A program made the translations under genes and the position numbers. Below are positions 1 to 9,769 of a stretch of 64,000 nt of DNA, piece by piece; within the stretch, counting starts at the first letter, position 1; each line of letters starts with the position of its first letter. This DNA is from Chiloscyllium plagiosum (taxonomy: Eukaryota): contig NC_057718.1 in assembly GCF_004010195.1 (NCBI RefSeq), positions 64,083,110-64,147,109 of the forward strand. Direction: 5' to 3'. The notes under the pieces are model-generated. The model had not been told where the DNA came from. It ran no database searches and saw nothing but the letters and a program-made list of their open reading frames with translations.

Positions 1-352
1 TTCTGCTGGAGCATAGGACATTTATAAAATTGATAAGATGAATAGTTGGGTCTTTTTTCCTGGGGTAGGGTAGTCCAAAACATGAGGTTATAGGTTTAAG
101 GTGAGAACAGAAAGATTTAAAAGGAACTGAGGAGCAACATTTTCAGTGTGGTGCATATACAGAACGAACTACCAGAGGAAGTTAGAGGCAGGTACAGTTA
201 CAACATTTAAAAGACATTTGGACAGGTACATGAATAGGAAAGGTTTAGAGGGATATAGGCCAAATTGCAGGCAAATGGGACTCATTTAGTTTGGGAGACG
301 TGGTCAGATGAATTAAACTGAAGGGTCTGCTTCAATGCTATATGACTATAAC
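1..352 (+). mobile_element. CR1/HER1-type LINE, 3' end fragment
   Basis: Degenerate CR1 ORF2 C-terminus and 3' UTR (…gagggatataggccaaa…ctatatgactata), matching other copies in the window. Confidence 0.8.
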
Positions 353-659
353 TGCTGCTGGCTTTTCTTGGCCCACTCAGCTTTCAGCAGATAGCTTTAA
401 GGTCTCAATGTGAGGTTGAATTTTAAGTTTTACTGCAAAAGCTGTTACCTGGTTTCTCAGTAAAATGTAATTGCAAATTTAGGAAACCAAATGGACTGGA
501 GGAATTAAGATCTGGGAATACATATAGGTAAAATACTGGAAATATAAATGCAAGTAGGTTATAAAGTGTAAATAAAGTATAAACATTGATTCTGAGATGA
601 TACAAAAGCAGGGAGGTAATATATTAACGTTCAAATTTATATAGTCTTGACTAGCTTGC

Positions 660-1120
660 ACAGATTTGGCTGATTGACAGAAGGCAGAGAGTAGGGGGTA
701 ATGGGGTCTGTTTCAGGTGGCAGCTTGTCATCACTGAAATTCACAAAGGTTGGTGCTGAGACTACAACTATTCATGTTATACATTAGTGATCTGAACAAA
801 GAAATTGAGGTCATTGTTGCTAAGTTTGCAGATGACATAGGTGAAGGAACAGATAGTATTGAGGAAACCTTGAGGCTGCAGAAGGATTTGGACATGCTAG
901 GAGAGTGGACAAAGAGTATTGCATCTGCCATTTATGTGAGAAAGTGAGGTTGTGCACTTTGGTAGGAAGAATAAAGACATAGACTATTTGCTAAATGGTG
1001 AAAGGCTTCAGAAATCTGCAGCACACAGGCACTTGGGGATCGTTGTTTAGGATTCTCTTAAGGTTAACATGCAAATTCAGTTGGCGGTTACACAGGGAAA
1101 TGTAGCATTAGCATTCATGT
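660..1120 (+). mobile_element. CR1 LINE reverse transcriptase fragment
   Basis: ORF 750-947 contains VAKFADD…LRLQKDLDMLGEW, the CR1 RT FADD motif. Confidence 0.85.
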
Positions 1121-1814
1121 TGATATGGGGGTGGGGAAGAGACAGCAGGCTAAGAAATAATTGGAGTGGCTGGAGATCTTTCTGAATAATATTACTGGCA
1201 TTGATCAGTTAGCATGACCTGATTTATGCTGCTACTTTTGTATTATGTTGACTTGAGCTGTGAAGAAGTCCCAGCATTCCAGTTTATTGCTTTATCATTT
1301 GCAAATTCAGATTGTGTCATGAGTGTAAATTTGCCTGGTAACTGTACTTGTGTTAAAGTTCTTTCAGTAATTGTGGGGACTTCTGTGATAGTAAATTAAA
1401 TTATGTGAGCATATAACATAACTTTTTCCAATACTCTGATAGTTAATTTTCTTTAGTATGTTGATATCAGTACTTGACGCACCCTGTGACTCTGGTAAAT
1501 AGAAAGTTGAAATGTACTGTACCTGTCTTTAGGGAGGATTTAAAAGATTGCATCCTGTACCTTCTTGCTCTTAGCTGTGGGACACTCCAGGGCCGAGATA
1601 TGATGGAGATTTCTTTGTGACACTTCATTGTTTATTCCTGCTCTTCCAATATTGGTCTCTTCAAGATGCTTAAAAATAAAGTCTGATTTTTAAAGCTAGG
1701 CAGCCATTTCAGCCAATAATTCTGACATACATTTCAATTCAAAAGGTTTACTGTAGAGCAGATTCATCCAACTAACTATTCCAGCATCCTCCTTTCATAT
1801 ATTGTTTGTTATCA

Positions 1815-2035
1815 TTGAGTCATAGGGTTATACAGAAATTACCATTTGGTTCAACTCCTTCATCCTGACCAAGCATCCTAAACTGGTCTAGTCTTATTTG
1901 CTTGCATTTGGCTTATATACCTCTAAACCCTTCGTATTCATGTACCCATTCAAATGTGTTTTAAATGGTGTAATTGTACCTACCTTCACCACTTCCTCTG
2001 GCAGTTCGTTCCATACACGAACCACACTCTGCATA
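1815..2035 (-). mobile_element. CR1 LINE 3' fragment
   Basis: Reverse complement of the CR1 3' end seen at 1-352 and 60145-60620. Confidence 0.75.
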
Positions 2036-2873
2036 CTGTTGTAAAAATTTCTGATGTGAGTGACAACAGGCAAATCGGTAACTTATTTTCCATCTCTGAG
2101 AGGGTGCCTTTTCTGGCAAATTTAAATATATGACTGGCTTTTGGCGAACTTACTGGATACTAAGCCAATAAAAGATTGTGGGACTGGAGTTTGGTATAAA
2201 CCATGTGAATTTATTGAGTTAAATTTTCCAACAAATAGTTATGCTACCAGTCTGGTACATTGTCTTCCCCTTGCGTGATTGCAGATGAAACATCACCAAA
2301 AGCATTGAATGTGCTTATTTTCTATTTTTGGGAATGATAAAGCAACTCGAATACAGTATGGATGAAAATTTGAAATGAACTTTCAAGTATTCTATTGAGT
2401 TGCTGACCTCTGGGTTTTGCTTGCAAAATTAACTTTTTTTAAAAAGGCAATAAACAACTGAGAACTGTCCATTGTGCAGCGTAGTAGTTTTAATGTGGAC
2501 CATGAAGTTAAATTTTACCAACCATACTTTCGGAGATCTGGTAGTGCAGTGGTAGTATCCCTGCCTCTGAGTCAGCAACTCTAGGTTCTAGGCCCATTTT
2601 AAGACTTGACCACAAACAGCATTTGTGGATATGGCCAAACAGGTTGGCTCCTTCCAACACACCTTTGGAGGATGTTAAGAGCTGGAAGGTCTCCTGGTGT
2701 GCTGGAACCTGCAGCCAGCAATGGAATACTAGGTAGCATTTTGCTATGCACAACCACAGACCAATGTATGAATATCCATGGTCGTCACCAATGTCCTCTT
2801 GTGCATGGTACCTGGACAGTGCTAGTTACACAGTGGATAGTTATTAACAAATTTGACTTTTTTTAAAATACAG

Positions 2874-2948
2874 CATGAATTGGTGAATTTGCAGCAAATG
2901 AACTTATCACTTCAAGCTGTCCTTCAAATGGTTGTCTCCTTCAACAAG
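2874..2948 (+). CDS. Internal coding exon (phase 0/0) of an unidentified + strand gene: HELVNLQQMNLSLQAVLQMVVSFNK
   Basis: T-rich tract and tacag acceptor, AAG|gtacgt donor, 75 nt open frame in non-repetitive DNA, phase-compatible with the next two exons. Confidence 0.75.
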
Positions 2949-3186
2949 GTACGTCATTGTTTTAAGGAACTGAACAATGTAAAAAATTCCTTAAATCTGC
3001 TAAATCTTGGAATCCATAATTTAATGGGTTTTTTGTTTGACTTTTGAATATGTTAGTTACCTAGTATAAACTGTATGGCAGACTCATCTGTGTAAACCTA
3101 ATGATCCAAGTTTTCTGATTAATCAGGTGGAGGGTAACTGATTTAAAATGCATGGAGTACTGTGGGCAATATGATAGAAAATCATC

Positions 3187-3395
3187 CCTGATGAAGGGAT
3201 CATGCTCGAAACGTCAATACTCCTGCTCCTCGGATGCTGCCTGACCTACTGCGCTTTGGCAGCAACACACTCGATTCTGAAACCAAAAGAGAAAATGCTG
3301 GAGAATCTCAGCAGGTCTGACAGCATCTGTAATGAGAGAAAAGAGTTGACGTTTTGAGTCTAACTGATCCTCGATTCTGATCTCCAGTATCTGCA
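3187..3395. mobile_element. Penelope-like terminal-repeat fragments with a minimal hammerhead core (3188-3215, + strand)
   Basis: CTGATGA-agggatcatgctc-GAAA-CGTC followed by …gatgctgcctgacc…, shared with the ends of the element at 9770-13225. Confidence 0.7.
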
Positions 3396-4172
3396 CTTTC
3401 TCCCTCCTGATAGAAAACTGCAGCCAATTTATCTAGATTATACATTTCAGTTATCGCTAGACAACCCAATTCTACCCTTGTTTCTTTTCTCCACAGAGTC
3501 AAATTGTGAACAGTTGTCGACGACAATAACCACCCTTTTTAGTTATAATCAGCATTCCTTAAAGTGAATCCAGTCTATTTCCTTGTACGACAAATCAGTA
3601 TGATGTCTATAAATTGTCAGCATGTTACAAATATTGAAATGGCAGGATGGAAAACAAGCCATTTTTTTTTAAGACTAATTATTTTAAGTCTCTATTTCCC
3701 CATCTCCTTCAGGACAATTAAGGGAGGACAGTAAATGCCGCTTTTGTCATCAGTGCCCACATTTTCCTTTCTTTTTTAAAAAGAAATCTGCAACTCTGTT
3801 GTTCCAGACTACTTTTTGGATTCTTTAGATGGAAATATGGAATTTGTAAAACATAAAGCCACAATTTTTCACCACATTTTAATAATCTATATGATGTGGA
3901 CAGCAAAAGAAGAATGATCTTTCTTGTGCTTTAAAGCTATGTATAATTTCACCTCATGCAAATCAAACAATAAGTCAATTCAGAAAGAAGCTAACTCTTA
4001 TTAAAATTCATGAGAACCGTTGTGGCTCTATCCTCATTTTTCTCAGTTGGGCTCTATCAGTGCTAAATGAGATTTGTGATGGTTCATTGATAACACTATG
4101 ACTACCTTTTTATCTCATCTGAGAAATTATGGTTGGTTTCTGCATAGGTTCATTTTACCTTCTTATCAACAT

Positions 4173-4485
4173 TGTTATGGACTGGGCCAGACCTCTCAAC
4201 ATTTTAAGAAGGTAGCCTAGATCCTAACTTTTCTAGTTGCTTTAAGCAGATGCAAGGTGAATATTCCAGGAGCGATGCAGCTGGTCAAACCACTGTTTTA
4301 AACAAAACAATTTGTTTACACACTAACAAAAGAAAACCAAATTTAGAATAACATAACTATTTGAAAACCCAACCAACACAAAAACACAACTTAACAAAGC
4401 TGTTCCGAATTCCTGCAACATCCCATAAACACACCCCTTGGCAAAAATGTAAATTCAAACACAGGTTTTTACAGAAGGAGGTGTC

Positions 4486-4516
<31 letters not shown>

Positions 4517-4837
4517 AAGCGAGGATCAGCATGGAGCTGTTTCTGAGTCCCCAGCTAAAACTAACCCAAAATTAGAAAAAATCCTGAACTTTTGAGAACT
4601 GGCTTCTCCCCTTTCATTTTACAAGTGTTTTTTAAAACCTCAAAGCCTTCTCTGATTCGCTAACAGATGCTGCCTAAGTCAACATTGTTAAAGTAGCCAG
4701 TTCAGACATTTCAGCACCTCTGCCTTGACCCCTTTTTTTTGGGTGGAGGGGAGGGGAGGGGAGGGGAGGGGAGGGGAGGGGAAAGGGGAAAAGCCAAGGA
4801 CAGAAAAAACCCTTGTTAAAAAAGCAGCATCATCACA
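4173..4837. mobile_element. Solo LTR, probably Gypsy-type
   Basis: Starts TGTTATG and ends CATCACA (imperfect inverted termini); flanked by a 4-bp direct repeat ACAT (4169-4172 and 4838-4841); contains (GA)n and (GGAGG)n tracts. Confidence 0.7.
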
Positions 4838-4967
4838 ACATGCATGTCTTGCTTTGTTGTTTGGGTCTTTCCTAGTGACTGTTCTTGTGTAAAATCCAAA
4901 AGATGAGTTTTTTTTCAGTTATTGTAAATTGTAGATAATTGTATTCAAATTAATTATTTTATTTCAG

Positions 4968-5007
4968 ATTATTGAGGAGGTCAGCCAGAACACTCATCAC
5001 CTCACAG
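4968..5007 (+). CDS. 40-nt coding exon (phase 0/1) of the + strand gene: IIEEVSQNTHHLT
   Basis: ttttatttcag acceptor, CAG|gttagt donor, joins the flanking exons in frame. Confidence 0.7.
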
Positions 5008-5296
5008 GTTAGTGCTAAGTAATGCATCACTGTTGTAGTCACATACAATTGGTTACCCCTTCTGTTCTGCCACTGGCTTAATGATAATGGCCCAGAAATT
5101 CTGATCAGGATGGGAAACCCTATTTCTTACCCTGAGCAGATTTATAAAGAAAAATCCACGTATCTTTTAATGATATCTGTGTTTTAGATTCCTGGAGAGG
5201 GGCCACCTGTTTGAACCTGTTCACAAATTCCTGCATCCAGCAGCATAGAAAATCATTGTAAAAACCATATCCACTTTCACAGCATTAGGTACAGTA

Positions 5297-6312
5297 CAGA
5301 GGAACCTCTATTATCCGAACAAGATGGAGGACACTATTTCATTCGGATAATTGATTATTCTGTTAACTGATTCAATGCCTTTCCTCTGGAGGTCGGAGGC
5401 TTCTGTTAAGTCTGCTCCCTGTTCAGGAGAGGAGGCAGCAGCACACTGTGCGTGAGCCCCTGCTGCCCCTCTTTCCCCCCTGCCCGCCACCACCTGCCCT
5501 CTCCAACATCGTCCACGCCCACCCCTACACCTGTCCCCACCAACCCCCTTCAACACTGCCCCCCCCCCACCCCCAACCCTCGGNNNNNNNNNNNNNNNNN
5601 NNNNNNNNNNNNNNNNNNNNNNNNNNNNNNNNNNNNNNNNNNNNNNNNNNNNNNNNNNNNNNNNNNNNNNNNNNNNNNNNNNNNNNNNNNNNNNNNNNNN
5701 NNNNNNNNNNNNNNNNNNNNNNNNNNNNNNNNNNNNNNNNNNNNNNNNNNNNNNNNNNNNNNNNNNNNNNNNNNNNNNNNNNCCAGCCCAACCTCTGCCA
5801 ACATGCCAACGCTGGCTGCCCCCCTTTTCCCCCCTCCCCCAACCTCGTTCAACACTGTACCCTCTCCAGAGCAGCCAGACTGGACACCCAACAACAAGAC
5901 TGCTGCTGTTGCTTTTGGGGTGTGAGTCTCCTCATAGCACGCATGTAGACACAACTTTTTACTGCAACATTTTGACAAGTTCCACCTTTACCCCGGACAG
6001 GACAATGTTGGAGAGATTATCTGGAGAAGGGGGGTTTAGGGTATACCCCTGTGTAGAACTCCAGGGAAAGTGTGTAGGGAGAGAGAGGGCGGAAGATCAG
6101 CCATTTGAGGATGGTGCCTGGGCTCCCATCAGTCCAGGACTGTTCTTGGCAACATTTCAGTAAGCCGGGTTCACTTTTAATCACTGTAAACAAAAGGCGC
6201 GATCAGTGTTGGAAATGTGTCTTTGATGTAATACTTCTATCGGGACCTCGAGATCTCCTTCGGATAATCCGATATCTGAATATCAGTTATCTAAATAATT
6301 GAGGTTCCTCTG
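5297..6312 (+). mobile_element. Non-autonomous Tc1/mariner (Tigger/pogo-like) TIR element
   Basis: TA|CAGAGGAACCTCTATTATCCGAA left end and …ATAATTGAGGTTCCTCTG right end; C-rich interior contains an assembly gap. Confidence 0.75.
5584..5782. other. Assembly gap
   Basis: Run of N. Confidence 1.
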
Positions 6313-7071
6313 GTATTCTGTTCAGACACTTCATGAAAGACAACTGTGAAAAGGTCTTATGGCAGTGGGATTAAGGTGTCTGGTAGGGTGGAGGATGGAG
6401 TTTGGGATATCAAATGGGCAGTGTGTCAGGGAAGTGGATCATGTCTGGTCCAAAGGCGTGAGATTTTTGAAATGCTGTTAGTGTCTTTTACTGTGAAGAG
6501 TGATGAAAAGTAATTATTCAACACTGTCTTATCCAGCTACCCCCAGTGATATTCCCTTGGCCTCATTCTCTAAAAGGTCTATGTTCACTTTGGTTTCTCT
6601 CTTTCTTTCTTTTTATATATTTAAAGATGGGAGGGGTGGGGTGGTGGTGTGTCTGGGATTCAGTTTAATAGTGGCCCAGGAGTAAGAGCAGTGTTTTAAT
6701 CCTTTAACATTTTCTGGGCCATTATTGAGCTTAATGGAATCCGAACCTTCCAAACTCTCCAATTTTAAAGGGCTGTTTCAGAGGGTTCCTGTTGCAAGGA
6801 ATTGCCAATTAGAATTTTTAATTTCCTGGGTAATTCCCCTATAGTCAGCTGCATAGCTACTTCTGCATTGTCCTGATGCACAACTCCAATCTATCCTACT
6901 GCAATGACGTTTTGGCAAAGGCTCACTGCCATGAAAGTAGAGTTCATTATTTTCAGTGATCTAAAAATTGAGGCAGAAGTTATGTTTATATGTTATGACA
7001 TAAGTGTATAGTAAATGATGGCAGAAGTATCTCATATAATTTATGGTTGCAATTTATTAACTTTTGTGTAG

Positions 7072-7115
7072 AGCTCAATGGAGGATGGTCGACTTTCTTC
7101 AGGGCGCAGAAGTGA
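7072..7115 (+). CDS. Terminal coding exon of the + strand gene: (E)LNGGWSTFFRAQK*
   Basis: cttttgtgtag acceptor; phase 1 completes the G|AG codon from the previous exon; TGA at 7113-7115; AT-rich 3' UTR follows. Confidence 0.7.
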
Positions 7116-7400
7116 TCAAGAATACAAAACAATACTGAAGTCTAAAATTCTGATGCTTGGATGGGGTAATATTATCCTCTGGATAAAATGGAACTGCTGA
7201 GATATTTATATTCTGTAGTTACATATTTTTAAAAAGACCCTGCTGCATTTTGATATAATGCATTGTAATATTATTGCCAATCTGATATTTGCTTACATGA
7301 TGTCAATATACAACTTGAGCTTGGAATATATTTAAGAGCTAGATTGTGTTACACTGATTTTATACTCATTTGCATCTTGGCTTGTCATTTCAAAGTCTAA

Positions 7401-7515
7401 AATAAAATAGAACTGATTACATCTCCTAACGCTGTATAAACTAAAGATGTACCTATTTTATTTGGCAAAGTACTTTTCGCATTTTCATTAAAAACCAGCA
7501 CACATTTATAATAAA
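7401..7515 (+). promoter_or_regulatory. Candidate polyadenylation signals for the + strand gene
   Basis: AATAAA at 7401-7406 and 7510-7515, downstream of the stop codon. Confidence 0.4.
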
Positions 7516-7727
7516 TAGGTAAACATGTAAATTACTAATTGAAGTTTTTGGAAGTGCGTGGATTTAAAGACTGTGTTGAAATAATGAGTTTGAGCTATTA
7601 ACTGAGTCCAGAATGAGTAAATTTATTGTCCTGCCCTTCAACTCAGTGAGCATAATGCATGGCTTAGAAAATATCTGGTTGAATATTTTTCTATCTTGTT
7701 TGATCATCAAAATAATTGCTGCTGTTC

Positions 7728-7829
7728 TTAAGCAATCTTCTGTGCTGAGAGTCTGTTCTGACCCGTTGGCTTCTCTGATATTTCTTTGTTTGCATAGTTT
7801 ATCCAAAGACTGCTGGGACGTTTGGCTTC
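7728..7829 (-). CDS. Terminal coding exon of the - strand gene: EAKRPSSLWINYANKEISEKPTGQNRLSAQKIA*
   Basis: ttttgtcttttag acceptor on - strand; phase 0 matches the preceding exon; TAA at 7730-7728; - strand AATAAA at 7622-7627 and 7457-7462. Confidence 0.6.
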   Translation of the reverse strand, partial: EAKRPSSLWINYANKEISEKPTGQNRLSAQKIA

Positions 7830-8955
7830 CTAAAAGACAAAATTATCGAAGGCAAACTTTACCAAATTTTTACTTGCTTTTATGTCACAATCTATAAGAA
7901 ATACAGACTGGTGAGGTAATTAAGAGTTCTCCTTTTATCTATAACCTGGTGAAATCCAGTTGACTATTCAGCACTAAAATATGGCCTAAGTGTATACATC
8001 AAATAACCATCCTGCTTGAGTTGTCTAATTATTCTCAGGCTTTTGTGTTTTGGAACGGGGATTTCAGAGAGCAGTGCCAATGCTTCAGTGCTTCATTTTT
8101 TGTTTGTAGTCTGTTAATAGTTACTACCACAATCTGTTGGAGGACTAAGTTTTCTTTGAGAGTTGAATCAGTCCTGGTATGGAATTCATATCCTTTTTAG
8201 TATTAGTATTGCTGAAAATAGGAATACTAAATTTGAAACAGTATGTTATCATGGTAAAAGCACTATGATTTTTCCACTATATTGAGTTTACTATAATGAA
8301 CATTAGGTTTTCAAGCTGATGCATGAAACCTAAAGGTTTATCACCACAGGATAAACGTAGGGGATAAATGTACTGCTAAGTTACATGAAGTAAGCTGAGG
8401 CATAAGACAGTACTGGCATTTGCTTTGGAGCAGACTACTTAAATTAGGAGTGCATAAAGGTGCAATGTGTTATAGCTAATAACCCAAGTACGTATTGCTT
8501 CTGGGTTCATGCAGCAAGCAATTTCGGAAAACTACATGAAGCCACCTTTGAATAAGGATTCGACCCATTGATGATGTAATGAATAAATTACAACTTCATT
8601 TGCAACACATTCCAAGCAAGTTAGTTTTACAAATTAATGAGAAATGATGGAATATAATTGCAAGAATTTGTTCTAACCAATTTTTTCCACAAAAGGTAGC
8701 TTTATTTTAATGCCAAACTTCATGTCAGAGCTTCTCCAAGTGATATGCACCGAGCTGTATCTGTGCCACTTGTAAATATTATCTAACAAAAGCTCATATC
8801 TAACATATGTAACCTAAAAGATTAAGTATTGTTGAGAAAATTATGTATAAATACAAAGTAAAATGCCATTTGTTAATCATCTAATACTCTTTATTGGTAG
8901 TCCACATAATTCTCTCCACTGCTTATTTATAAGCACTGCAACCAAATACACTCAC

Positions 8956-9067
8956 CAAAATATAGTTGTTCGAAAGAATGTCTTCAATATTCAAAGGCAC
9001 ATAAACATTCATAGAATCTGGAGGAACATGGCTCTGGCTTTGCTCATTGAGTTCATGGTTTGCAGCT
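8956..9067 (-). CDS. Coding exon (phase 2/0) of the - strand gene: (E)AANHELNEQSQSHVPPDSMNVYVPLNIEDILSNNYIL
   Basis: cttgcctgacag acceptor, TTG|gtgagt donor, 112 nt open frame, phase-compatible on both sides. Confidence 0.75.
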
Positions 9068-9279
9068 CTGTCAGGCAAGTGTTAAGATTTAGAGCAAAGA
9101 ATTTAATACATTATGTCAAAATATTGACCAATGGGTAAAATATCTTGAATGATACTCCACAAACTGCTTTAAAGTACAGACATCATTCTCTATATAACCG
9201 GCAGTTATACAGATTATAAAATATAATTGTCATATTTTAAAATCTAGTTACTGATTCATATGTGGCATGTCAGTTCTGC

Positions 9280-9750
9280 AGGCCATTATTGCCCATCCCT
9301 GATTGTCCTTTCTAGCAGAGGGAGGTAAGCCTGAGTCACTTTGAACTGTTACAGTTCATCTGGTGTAGGTACACTCAGTGCTGTCAAGGGGTTCTAGGAC
9401 TTTGACTCCGTGTTGGTGAAGGAACAATGATTTGGTTCCTACTCAGGATGTGTCAGAGGGGATCTTGCAGGTACAGGTGTTTGCTTCTGCTGTTGTTCTA
9501 GATGGCAGGGATCACTGCTTTGGAAAGTGCTTTTAAAGAAGTGATGGTAAGTTGCTGCAACATGTCCTGTGTAAGGCCCTGTGACTTGTGGTGATGAGAG
9601 GTATATGTTGGTGGTGTTGGGTTGCTCATAAATATGATTGCTTTGTATTTGATGGTCACTGATGAAGCAGCTGAAGATAGTTGGGTCTCTCTGAGGAGCA
9701 CCTGCAGAGATTTCCTGGAACTGATTGACTTCCAACAACATTAATAACTT
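9280..9750 (-). mobile_element. Degenerate LINE 3' region (family ending …gggatgggcaataaatgctggc)
   Basis: Same sequence recurs at about 24365-24530, 27000-28015 and 45340-45900. Confidence 0.6.
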
Positions 9751-9769
9751 CTTTTGTAGTAGAAGATTG

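Noticed and set aside
5448..5978. Long Pro-rich ORFs
   Set aside because: They read through Ns in the low-complexity interior of a TIR element
7072..7166. Rhodanese-like LxGGW motif, or other reading frames of this exon
   Set aside because: Upstream exons encode a continuous amphipathic helix rather than a rhodanese fold, and phase continuity selects the frame ending at 7115
8676..8813. Alternative last exon VTYVRYELLL…EKIG* on the - strand
   Set aside because: Phase-compatible, but the acceptor at 7829 has the stronger pyrimidine tract; cannot be resolved without RNA data
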